Of a DNA stretch of 64,000 nt, positions 9,995 through 18,843 are shown piece after piece. Every line of letters begins with the position of its first letter. Within the stretch, counting starts at the first letter, position 1. A model generated the notes under the pieces. The model saw only the letters and a list, made by a program, of their open reading frames with translations, searched no databases and had not been told where the DNA came from. Location of the stretch: assembly GCA_034669905.1 (NCBI GenBank), contig JAXMOL010000002.1, positions 128,001 through 192,000 on the forward strand, given 5' to 3'. The translations under genes were made by a program, and so were the position numbers. The DNA comes from Candidatus Hydrogenedentota bacterium. Lineage in GTDB: Bacteria; Hydrogenedentota; Hydrogenedentia; Hydrogenedentales; JAEUWI01.

Positions 9995-10756
9995 ATGGAT
10001 CCACAACGCATTCTAGCCCTGTTGAAGGATGTTGCCGCCGGGGAGCAATCGCCGGAGGCCGCCCTCCAGTCACTCGAGCACTTGCCCTTTGAAGACCTGG
10101 GCTTCGCCAAGATAGACCACCACCGCCCCCTGCGAAAGGGCTACCCCGAAACCATCTTCTGCGAAAACAAGACCCCCGACCAGGTCGTCACCATCACCCA
10201 ACACATGAGTGACAAGCAGAGTAATGTCCTCGGCACGCGGTGTACCCCCGTGATGATGGAGGCCATTCGCGCGGCCTTCCCGGAAGCGGAAATCAACACC
10301 CTCGCGCGCACGTTCACCATTACCCACACCCCGCCCGCCCGCGCACGGGGCACCATCGCCATCGTATGCGCCGGCACCAGTGACCTCCCCGTCGCCGAAG
10401 AAGCGGCCGTCACCTGCGAGGCCCTCGGCAATCCCATCGAACGCATCTCCGATATCGGCGTGGCAGGCATTCACCGTCTCCTCAACCAGCAGGACAAATT
10501 GAACAGCGCCAATGTGATAATCTGCTGTGCAGGCATGGAAGGTGCCCTCCCTTCCGTGTTGGGTGGCCTGGTCCAATGCCCCGTAATCGCCGTTCCGACT
10601 TCGGTCGGCTATGGGGCCAGCTTCGGAGGCCTTGCGGCACTCCTGGGCATGCTTAACTCTTGCGCCACGGGCGTCACCGTGGTAAACATCGACAATGGCT
10701 TTGGCGCCGCTTCGGCCGCCTCAACCATCAACCGTATGGCCGGTATTACCTCATGA
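9995..10756 (+). CDS. larB: Nickel-pincer cofactor biosynthesis protein LarB
   Basis: FAKIDHHR, AGTSDLPVAEEA, DIGVAGIHRL, AGMEGALPSV, PTSVGYG, VVNIDNGFGA. Confidence 0.95.
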   Translation: MDPQRILALLKDVAAGEQSPEAALQSLEHLPFEDLGFAKIDHHRPLRKGYPETIFCENKTPDQVVTITQHMSDKQSNVLGTRCTPVMMEAIRAAFPEAEINTLARTFTITHTPPARARGTIAIVCAGTSDLPVAEEAAVTCEALGNPIERISDIGVAGIHRLLNQQDKLNSANVIICCAGMEGALPSVLGGLVQCPVIAVPTSVGYGASFGGLAALLGMLNSCATGVTVVNIDNGFGAASAASTINRMAGITS

Positions 10757-12291
10757 AAACCTGTTACTTCGATTGCTACAGCGGCATCAGCGGCGATATG
10801 ACCGTGGGTGCCCTCCTTGATGCAGGCGCCGATTTCGACGCTATCCAGGAAGGACTGAAGTCCCTGAAGATGGAGGGCTTCTCCGTAAAAGCGGAGAAGG
10901 TGCTCAAGAACGACGTCCACGCCACCCAATTCACCGTCATCGATGAATACGCCGGGCATAGCCATGACCACGATCATGGGCACAGTCACAGCCACGACCA
11001 TGGACACGACCACGATCATGGACACAGCCACGATCATGGACACGACCACGATCATGGACACAGCCACGACCACGGGCACAGCCACGACCATGGACACAGC
11101 CACGATCATGGACACAGCCATGACCACGGCCACGACCACGACCACGGACACAGCCACGGACACAGCCACGACCACGACCACGGACACAGCCATGATCACG
11201 GGCACAGCCACGACCACGGGCACAGCCATGATCACGGACACAGCCACGACCACGGACACAGCCACGACCATGGGCACAGCCACGACCATGGACACGGACA
11301 TCACCATCATCCCCACCGCCATCTTTCCCATATCGAAAAACTGATTACCGAAAGTGGACTGCCCCAGGCCGTGAAAGACGCGGCGGTCGAGACCTTTCAT
11401 CGACTCGGCCATGCCGAGGCAACGGTCCATGGCACCACCATCGACAAAGTGCACTTCCATGAAGTCGGCGCGGTGGACTCCATCGTCGATATCGTGGCCG
11501 CCCAACTGGGCTTTCATCTCCTCGGCATCAAGCAGTTCGTTTGCTCCCCGCTCCACGTGGGCTCGGGCACGGTGAAATGCGACCATGGCATCATGCCGGT
11601 CCCCGCCCCCGCCACGGCCCGCCTCCTCATGGGCAAGCCGACCTACGGCGGTAAGGTCGATGGCGAACTCGTCACCCCCACGGGAGCCGCCCTCATCGAC
11701 CAACGGGTCACCTCCTTTGGCGCCGCGCCCCTCATGCGCACCGAAGCCATCGGCTATGGCAGTGGCACCAAAAACCTCCCCGACCGCGCCAACGTCCTGC
11801 GCATCCTCATCGGCGAATGCGACGACACGTCGCGCACGCGGGAAACCATCCAGGTCATCGAAGCCAATATTGACGACATGTCGGGCGAGCTCCTGGCCCC
11901 CCTGATAGCTCACCTGCTGGACGCCGGTGCGGTCGACGCCTTCCTCACCCCCATCATCGGAAAAAAGGGACGGCCCGCCTATCAGGTCACGGCCCTGAGC
12001 AGCGACGCCCACGCCCAAGCGATCCATGAATGCCTCTTCGCCCATTCCACCACCCTCGGCGTGCGCATGCGCACCGAGCAGCGCCAGATACTGACCCGTG
12101 ACTGGAAATCGGTCGCCACGCCGTGGGGCACGGTGCGCATTAAACGGGGACTACAGGGAAGCGAGACCACGGTGGCTTCGCCCGAGTTTGAAGACTGCCA
12201 GGCCTTGGCGCAGACAGCTGGTGTACCGGTGCGCCAGGTATACGACGCCGCGCTCGCCGCAGGCATACAGGGAAACTTTATCGATGACTGA
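10753..12291 (+). CDS. larC: Nickel insertase LarC (single frame) with very long His-rich insert
   Basis: YFDCYSGISGDM, HFHEVGAVDSIVDI, HGIMPVPAPAT, ELVTPTGAA, EANIDDM, KKGRP, PEFEDC; ATGA overlap with larB. Confidence 0.95.
   Translation: MKTCYFDCYSGISGDMTVGALLDAGADFDAIQEGLKSLKMEGFSVKAEKVLKNDVHATQFTVIDEYAGHSHDHDHGHSHSHDHGHDHDHGHSHDHGHDHDHGHSHDHGHSHDHGHSHDHGHSHDHGHDHDHGHSHGHSHDHDHGHSHDHGHSHDHGHSHDHGHSHDHGHSHDHGHSHDHGHGHHHHPHRHLSHIEKLITESGLPQAVKDAAVETFHRLGHAEATVHGTTIDKVHFHEVGAVDSIVDIVAAQLGFHLLGIKQFVCSPLHVGSGTVKCDHGIMPVPAPATARLLMGKPTYGGKVDGELVTPTGAALIDQRVTSFGAAPLMRTEAIGYGSGTKNLPDRANVLRILIGECDDTSRTRETIQVIEANIDDMSGELLAPLIAHLLDAGAVDAFLTPIIGKKGRPAYQVTALSSDAHAQAIHECLFAHSTTLGVRMRTEQRQILTRDWKSVATPWGTVRIKRGLQGSETTVASPEFEDCQALAQTAGVPVRQVYDAALAAGIQGNFIDD
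10954..11331 (+). repeat. (GHSHDH)n coding tandem repeat with an ~18-bp unit
   Basis: Unit ~GGACACAGCCACGACCAY with synonymous variation; 126 codons, about 64 His. Confidence 0.95.
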
Positions 12292-12772
12292 ACGAATCGC
12301 CATCTACCCCGGTAGCTTCGACCCCCCCACGCTGGGCCACCTCGACCTCATTGAGCGCGCGGTAAATATCTTCGACCACGTTATCGTCGCCGTCGCCATG
12401 AACAACGAAAAAATTGGCCTCTTCTCGGTGGAAGAGCGGATGGAGATGCTCCAGGAATTGGTCTCCCACGTCCCCCGGGTATCCATCGAGCACTTTCGCG
12501 GACTCACCGTGCAATTCGCCCAGGAGAAGGGTGCCGTGGCGCTCATTCGGGGACTGCGCGTCGTCTCCGACTTCGAATTCGAGTTGACCATGGCCATCAA
12601 CAACCACAAACTCGCCCCCGAGATTGACACCGTCAACCTCATGCCCAGCGAACCCTACCTCTTCCTCAGCTCCCGGCTCGTAAAAGAGATCGCGGCCTTC
12701 GGCGGAAACCTCAGCCACTTCGTCAGTCCCGCCGTGGGCGAGCGCCTGAAAGCGAAGTTCGTCGAAGAGTAA
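12284..12772 (+). CDS. coaD: Phosphopantetheine adenylyltransferase
   Basis: IYPGSFDPPTLGH, IRGLRVVSDFEFE, SSRLVKE; start overlaps the larC stop. Confidence 0.96.
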   Translation: MTERIAIYPGSFDPPTLGHLDLIERAVNIFDHVIVAVAMNNEKIGLFSVEERMEMLQELVSHVPRVSIEHFRGLTVQFAQEKGAVALIRGLRVVSDFEFELTMAINNHKLAPEIDTVNLMPSEPYLFLSSRLVKEIAAFGGNLSHFVSPAVGERLKAKFVEE

Positions 12773-12808
12773 GCGCTTTTTAAGACCCTGAGTTTTTAAA
12801 CCTATCCG

Positions 12809-14175
12809 CACCTCGGTAGCCACGCCGGGTTACACCGAGGAGAAACCTGGCAGCAAAGCCCCATAACCAACCACAACAAATTCGCCCGTTTGGCTAATGT
12901 ATTCGTAGGCTGCCCATTAGCTCTTCCGGGCCGTTTTCGTGTGGGACCTGTAGGACATGTGGGACCCGTGAGACCCGTGAGGCATGGCGTCGCGGGACGC
13001 TGTTATGGCAAACGGCTTGTGGCTCAACGCGCACAAGCCAACCCTCTTTAACCACAGAGAACACAAAGAACACAAGAGCATTGCTCCTCTGCGCTCTTTG
13101 CGTTCTTTGTGGTTAATCACCCCCCTCTTATTCGTGTAAATTCGTGTCCATTCGTGGTTAAAAAACAGCCGTCCCCCCATTCTGGCTACACGGCTCACGG
13201 ATTCAGCCTGTACCAAGGGTCGGAAACATGTAAGCTATCTCGTAGGCTGTCCATTGGTTTTTGGCTCGGAAAGGAATCGCGGCCTTCGGCGGAAATCTGA
13301 GCCACTTCGGTAGCCCCGCCGGGTTACACCGAGGAGAAACCTGGCACCAATGACCCATACATTCCAACCACTACAAATTTGCCCGTTTAGCTAATGTATT
13401 CGTAGGCAATCCATTGGCTCTTCCGGGCCGTTTTCGTGTGGGACCTGTAGGACATGTGGGACCCGTGGGACATGGCGTCGCGGGACGCAGTTATAGCAAA
13501 CGGCTTGTGGCTCAACGCGCACAAGCCAACCCTCTTTAACCACAGAGAACGCAAAGAACACAAAAGCATTGCTCCTCTGCGCTCTTTGCGTTCTTTGTGG
13601 TTAATCGCCCCCTTCTTATTCGTGTAAATTCGTGTCCATTCGTGGTTAAAAAACAGCCGTCCCCCCATTCTGGCTACACAGCTCACGGATTCAGCCTGTA
13701 CCAAGGGTCGGAAACATGTAAGCTTTCTCGTAGGATGTCCATTGGCTCTTCCGGACCGTTTTCGTGTGGGACCTGTAGGACATGTGGGACCCGTGGGACA
13801 TGGCGTCGCGGGACGCGGTTATGGCAAACGGCTTGTGGCTCAACGCGCACAGGCCAACCCTCGTTAACCACAGAGAACACAAAGATCACAAGAGCATTGC
13901 TCCTCTGCGCTCTTTGCGTTCTTTGTGGTTAATCGCCCCCTCTTATTCGTGTAAATTCGTGTCCATTCGTGGTTAAAAAACAGCCGTCCCCCCATTCTGG
14001 CTACACGGCTCACGGATTCAGCCTGTACCAAGGGTCGAAAACATGTAAGCTCTCTCGTCGGCTGTCCATTGTTTTTTTGGCTCGGAAAGAGATTGGGGCC
14101 TTCGGCGGAAACATCAGCCACTTTGTCAGCCCCGCCGTCGGCGAGCGCCTGAAAGCGAAGTACAAAGAAGCGTAG
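12809..14175. repeat. Array of three ~330-350-bp units interleaved with coaD 3'-end copies
   Basis: Near-identical units at ~12903-13256, ~13400-13727 and ~13728-14072; a ~95-bp linker repeated at ~12809-12902 and ~13303-13399; coaD-like fragments at ~13263-13321 and ~14079-14175. Confidence 0.92.
14079..14175 (+). pseudogene. Detached coaD C-terminal fragment
   Basis: Encodes KEIGAFGGNISHFVSPAVGERLKAKYKEA* versus coaD KEIAAFGGNLSHFVSPAVGERLKAKFVEE*. Confidence 0.85.
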
Positions 14176-14301
14176 CCCCCCCGTCCGGGGGTGCCCATTG
14201 CATACAGACGATCGGTGACGCATCAGCGCCTTCTCGAATCGCAGGAACGAAGCGACTGTCGCGGGGCTTCATTGATCGGCCGCAATCCGGAGCCTAGATA
14301 T

Positions 14302-14547
14302 GCATTACCACGGGGGACCGTGGTAACGAGCCAAGCCAAAAAAGAAATCGACAAAGGTGCCACCCGATCCGGCCCAGCCGGTTCGGGAGCCTTGAGCAAC
14401 GGGAAATTACGTCCATCTAATACAAACCGGGCAGTAGCCTCACTCCGCGTACCTACGGTTCCTCCAGGAGCACCGGATTTCACCTCGCCACTCCTATTCC
14501 GCAGGAGCGGAACCGTATGCATTACCACGGGGGACCGTGGTAACGAG
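14302..14547 (+). repeat. Composite REP-like element, left flank of the sulfatase
   Basis: GCATTACCACGGGGGACCGTGGTAACGAG at 14302-14330 and 14519-14547; the intervening sequence resembles 16283-16445. Confidence 0.85.
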
Positions 14548-14706
14548 CCAAATTTACTTTTCGGTGGTAATCCGCGAAGCGGATGACGGCGTAAAGCCTT
14601 GGGTGAAGCGAGGCACGAGCGCAACCCAAGGGAAACCGGTGCCACCGAAAACTCCAAACCCGCAACGCGGGTGACGGCATACCGCACCACACCCCCGACC
14701 CCGCGC

Positions 14707-16098
14707 TCAGGGCCGCGTATAGCCTGCGATGGCCTCCGTCCAGTCGTCGCCCTCCTCCACCACGTCCCGATGCAAGGCCACCATCTGGGCCTTCAATTCC
14801 GCCAACCGCGCTGGCTCTGATTCCGCCAGGTTCTTTTGCTGGCCCATATCGGTGCGCACGTTGAATAACTCAAAACGCGTCGGCGTGCTTTCCTTAATGA
14901 AGGGCATGTCCTCCGATGAAAGCCAATGGCTCCGCTTGGCCACCGGATCGTCGACGAAACCATTCAACACCCAGTCCCCGGCGCGCAGGGCCATCTGGGG
15001 GCTGTTGCGATAGAAATACCAGAACAGGGGCCGCGTGCGGACCAGCTCCTCCGCGCGAAAAAGGGGCGTCACATCCGTCCCATCCATCGCGCGATCCGTG
15101 GGGGCGTCCACCCCGGCCACGGCGCACAAGGTCGGCAACATATCCACGACCCCCACCGGCTCCGATGACGTAACGCCCGCCGAAATTCGCCCGGGCCAAC
15201 GCATGATCCCCGGCACCCGAATACCCCCTTCCCAGATATCCGACTTCTTGCCCCGCAAAGGCCCCTGGGAGCCTTCCCGCCAGGGGCCATTGTCGGAAGC
15301 AAACAACACAAACGTGTCTTTAACCAAATCTAACCCATCGAGGGTCTTGAGGATGCGGCCAATGGCGGCGTCCAGATTGGCGATGTTCGCGAAGTAGAGG
15401 GCATCCGCCTTGCTCGCACCCGCGTATTCCGCCTTGAGCTCCGGCGGCGACGCCAACTTTTTGTGGGGTTCGTGAAAGGCCACATAGGCGAAAAAGGGTG
15501 GGGCGTCCGCTTCCCGGGATTCGAGCCACCCAATCGTTTCGTCGGCCACGAGCTGACACGAGTAGCCCTTCTGTACCCCCAGCGGCGTACCGTTGCGATA
15601 AAAGTTGTCCGGGTCTTTGTGGGAAGGCTCCGCGTTGTTCCGCGTGCAATAGGTGTAGTCAAAACCATAGTCCGCAGGCTTGGGCTGGGTGCTACCCACA
15701 TCGGTATGACTCAGGTGCCACTTGCCGAAAAGTCCCGTGGCGTACCCCTCCTTTTGCAGCAACTGGGCAATCGTGATTTCATCGGCGGGCAGGTGCATCC
15801 CATGGGCGGGGGGAATGTAATTGAAGATCCCGGTCCGCGACGCGATACGCCCCGTCATCAGCGCGGCCCGCGACGGCGAACAGTTCGGTGCCCCCGCATA
15901 GAAATCGGTAAAGCGCATCCCCGCCCGGGCCAGTCCGTCGATGTGGGGCGTCTTGATGGTACTCCCGAAACACCCCACATCCTGGTAGCCCATGTCATCG
16001 GCGAAGAGGATGACGATGTTGGGCCGGGTATCGGCGTCGGCGTCGGAGAACAGGGCAAATAAAACGACCGCAAGGCCGAGGAACGTGAAGTGTCGCAT
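14707..16098 (-). CDS. Sulfatase (formylglycine-dependent S1 family), secreted
   Basis: Signal peptide, PNIVILFADDMG, CSPSRAALMTG, GKWHL, SDNG, EGGIRVP. Confidence 0.95.
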   Translation of the reverse strand: MRHFTFLGLAVVLFALFSDADADTRPNIVILFADDMGYQDVGCFGSTIKTPHIDGLARAGMRFTDFYAGAPNCSPSRAALMTGRIASRTGIFNYIPPAHGMHLPADEITIAQLLQKEGYATGLFGKWHLSHTDVGSTQPKPADYGFDYTYCTRNNAEPSHKDPDNFYRNGTPLGVQKGYSCQLVADETIGWLESREADAPPFFAYVAFHEPHKKLASPPELKAEYAGASKADALYFANIANLDAAIGRILKTLDGLDLVKDTFVLFASDNGPWREGSQGPLRGKKSDIWEGGIRVPGIMRWPGRISAGVTSSEPVGVVDMLPTLCAVAGVDAPTDRAMDGTDVTPLFRAEELVRTRPLFWYFYRNSPQMALRAGDWVLNGFVDDPVAKRSHWLSSEDMPFIKESTPTRFELFNVRTDMGQQKNLAESEPARLAELKAQMVALHRDVVEEGDDWTEAIAGYTRP

Positions 16099-16169
16099 AG
16101 AAATTCCTTTGTGTTTCGGACAGACCCTGATTATGGCGACTCGAAAAGAAAACGGCAAGGGTGCTCCCC

Positions 16170-16524
16170 CTGTTCCGCAGGAGCGGAACGGTAGGCATTA
16201 CCACGGGGGACCGTGGTAACGAGCCAAGCCTATTCCGCAGGAGCGGAACGGTAGGCATTACCACGGGGACCGTGGGAACGAGCAAAGCCCAAAAAGAAAA
16301 CGGCAAGGGTGCCACCCGATCCGGCCCCGCCGGTCGGGTCGTAGATTCGCCGCAGGAGAATTCGGGTGCCTTGAGCCACGGCAACCCACCTCCATCCAAT
16401 CCAGACCGGCAGTACCCTCACCCCCCGTACCTCCAGTTCCTCCTTTAGCACCGACACTCCCTTCATCCCCCCTGTTCCGCAGGAGCGGAACGGTATGCAT
16501 TACCACGGGGACCGTGGTAACGAG
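16170..16524 (+). repeat. Composite REP-like cluster with three copies
   Basis: TTCCGCAGGAGCGGAA hairpin plus GCATTACCACGGGG(G)ACCGTGG(T/G)AACGAG at 16195-16223, 16255-16282 and 16497-16524. Confidence 0.9.
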
Positions 16525-16555
16525 CCAAGCCCAAACCGTTACCCAACAATCCAGG

Positions 16556-16584
16556 TTGTAATTCCCCACGCCCCATCCTATAAT
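16556..16584 (+). promoter_or_regulatory. sigma70 promoter of the HEAT-sialidase gene
   Basis: TTGTAA-N17-TATAAT. Confidence 0.6.
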
Positions 16585-16618
16585 TGGTTATAACAACTTG
16601 ACCCCACGACGGAGCACT

Positions 16619-18532
16619 ATGACCATGCCGAAATCTCTCCGGGCCCTGCTGGCCTTTCTACTCGTTGCCTTGCCCCTTACCACCGCCCACAGCGAAGCCC
16701 TCATCACCCTGACCGATGCCCAGGAGGCCAAGTGCCTCACTATCCTCCGTGGCACCCTCCAGTCCGATGAATTCTGGCCCGCCATGCACGCCGCGGAAGC
16801 CCTTACCCTCGCCGGACACGGCGAGGAAGTCCGCGCGGCCGTCGAACCCATGCTCGACACAGTGACCGACCTCCAACACCGCTGTGGCCTCGCCCGGGAG
16901 TTGGTGCGCGCGGGGGACCATAGCAAGGCCCAAATCCTCCTTGACCTGCTCGACGGCCCGGACCCCTACGCCCACATCCACGCGGCCGAAAGCTCGTATA
17001 AGGTGTGGGTGCTCGGTGACGGCGTGGATATGCGAAAGGCCTTCGCCGACAAAGAAAACACCAACCGCGCCCTCATGGCGGCCGCCGCCCTCGCACGGTG
17101 GGGCAATCAGGAGGCCCTCGTCCACCTGCGCCAGCAAATTCAGTCCGACAACAAAGACACGGCCCGCATTGCTGCCTGGATCCTCGGTCGGGTGGGGGAT
17201 GCCTCTGACATCCCGGCATTGCGTGATTGCCTGAAGCGATTTGACGACGAGATGGCCAATGGTTTTTTCGACCACGCCCTGGCTTCCCTCGGTGATCCCG
17301 CGGGTATCGTGGAGCTCGAGCGGAACCTCTTCAGCGACAACCCCACGCTACGCACCATGGCCGCCACTTTCGCCGGGGAGCTCGGCTTCCACCATCTCAA
17401 GGCCCTCTTGATTGCCCAACTCGACGACGACTACGAAGATGCCCGGGTACGGGCTGCCCAGGCCCTCCTCCAGATGGCCCACTACGCCCCGACCCACCCA
17501 GAGGGCATGCTCGTCTCGGAAGTCTATCCCGCGACGGAAGAAAACCCCCGCTACAGCGAAGGGGATGTCCACGTCCTCAACGATGGCCGCTATCTTTATG
17601 GCACGACCGAGTTCATGAATGACTGGAGCGACTTCGCCAAGGCCCGCATCGTAGGCCGTATCTCGGCGGACGGCGGCCAGACCTGGGGCGAGAAAACGGT
17701 CCTCCAGGAAAACATCGGCAAAAAGAACATTATGTCCCTCACCTTCCAGCAGCTTTCGGACTCGGAAGTGGGCATGTTTTATCTGCACAAGAATGACATG
17801 AACGACCTCGATGTCTACCTCCGTCGCTCCACAGATGGCGGGCTGACCTTTGGCGAAGCCTCCCTCGTCACCGACATGGCGGGTTACCACGTGATGAACA
17901 ATGACCGGGTGGTGCGCCTCTCCAGCGGCCGCTTGCTGGTCCCTGTTGCCTGGACCGAAGACGTGAAGACCGTGAATCACTTCACCTGCCGCACGTGGAT
18001 TTCTGACGACGCGGGCAAGACCTGGCGGGCCAGCAAGAACACGGTGGACTACGCCCAGCGGGGTGCCATGGAGCCCGAGTGCCTGGAACTCAACGACGGG
18101 CGCGTGCTCATGATATTCCGCAATCAGTTGGGCCACATCGGCGCGGCCTGGTCGGAAGACGGTGGCGAAACGTGGAGCGAAGGCAGCGACTGGGGCGTAC
18201 GCGCACCGGAAGCCCCTGCCACCCTGCGTCGCATTCCCTCCACCGGCGATCTGCTCCTTATCTGGAACGACAGCTTCGTGGAAGGCGCGGGACACGGCGG
18301 AAAACGTTCGCCCCTTACGGTCGCCATTTCGAAAGACGAAGGCAAGACCTGGGAACACAAGAAAAACATCGAAGCCGACGAAGAAGACGCTTCCTTCATG
18401 AGCGGCTTCTCCTACATCAGCGCCACCTTCGACCACGGCCGGGTGCTCTTGAGCTACTACGTCTCGAAAGAAGGCACCAAGATGATTTCGTCCCGCTTCC
18501 GTTCCTTCCCGATTGGGTGGCTGTATGAATAA
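16619..18532 (+). CDS. Secreted HEAT-repeat plus BNR/Asp-box (sialidase-like) protein
   Basis: Signal peptide; HEAT-like helices; Asp boxes SADGGQTW, STDGGLTF, SDDAGKTW, SEDGGETW, SKDEGKTW. Confidence 0.88.
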   Translation: MTMPKSLRALLAFLLVALPLTTAHSEALITLTDAQEAKCLTILRGTLQSDEFWPAMHAAEALTLAGHGEEVRAAVEPMLDTVTDLQHRCGLARELVRAGDHSKAQILLDLLDGPDPYAHIHAAESSYKVWVLGDGVDMRKAFADKENTNRALMAAAALARWGNQEALVHLRQQIQSDNKDTARIAAWILGRVGDASDIPALRDCLKRFDDEMANGFFDHALASLGDPAGIVELERNLFSDNPTLRTMAATFAGELGFHHLKALLIAQLDDDYEDARVRAAQALLQMAHYAPTHPEGMLVSEVYPATEENPRYSEGDVHVLNDGRYLYGTTEFMNDWSDFAKARIVGRISADGGQTWGEKTVLQENIGKKNIMSLTFQQLSDSEVGMFYLHKNDMNDLDVYLRRSTDGGLTFGEASLVTDMAGYHVMNNDRVVRLSSGRLLVPVAWTEDVKTVNHFTCRTWISDDAGKTWRASKNTVDYAQRGAMEPECLELNDGRVLMIFRNQLGHIGAAWSEDGGETWSEGSDWGVRAPEAPATLRRIPSTGDLLLIWNDSFVEGAGHGGKRSPLTVAISKDEGKTWEHKKNIEADEEDASFMSGFSYISATFDHGRVLLSYYVSKEGTKMISSRFRSFPIGWLYE

Positions 18533-18824
18533 TTAGCTGGGCTCGTTACACCGGTCTTCCGGTGTAACGCACTACCCTTCCGGTCCTCCGGAAGCAACCC
18601 CGCGAATCGCCGCAGGAGCGGCAAGGCAGGCATTCCCACGGGGGACCGTGGGAACGAGCGATTCCGGTCCTTCCCGATTGGCTGGCTGTATGAATAATTA
18701 TCTGCGCTCGTTACACCGGTCCCCCGGTGTAACGCACTACCCTTCCGGTCCTCCGGAAGCAACCCGGCAAGTCGCCGCAGGAGCGGCAAGGTAGGCATTC
18801 CCACGGGGGACCGTGGGAACGAGC
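18497..18824 (+). repeat. Tandem duplication (~165 bp) of the gene 3' end plus a REPIN-like doublet
   Basis: 18497-18660 matches 18662-18824. Each copy contains a GCTCGTTACACCGG...GTGGGAACGAGC inverted doublet. Confidence 0.92.
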
Positions 18825-18843
18825 ATCTAAATTCCCAAGGCCG

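Noticed and set aside
10609..12045. Antisense and alternative-frame ORFs over the His repeat (MVVAVS, TATTMD)
   Set aside because: Shadows of the larC coding repeat.
12284..12772. NadD (would supply NaAD to LarB)
   Set aside because: Motifs IRGLR, SDFEFE and SSxxVKE identify CoaD.
12809..14175. CRISPR array, or real proteins from ORFs 12917-13216, 13387-13704 and 13864-14223
   Set aside because: Units are ~340 bp with no unique spacers and no cas genes. The ORFs differ in frame and length between copies, so they are translations of the repeat.
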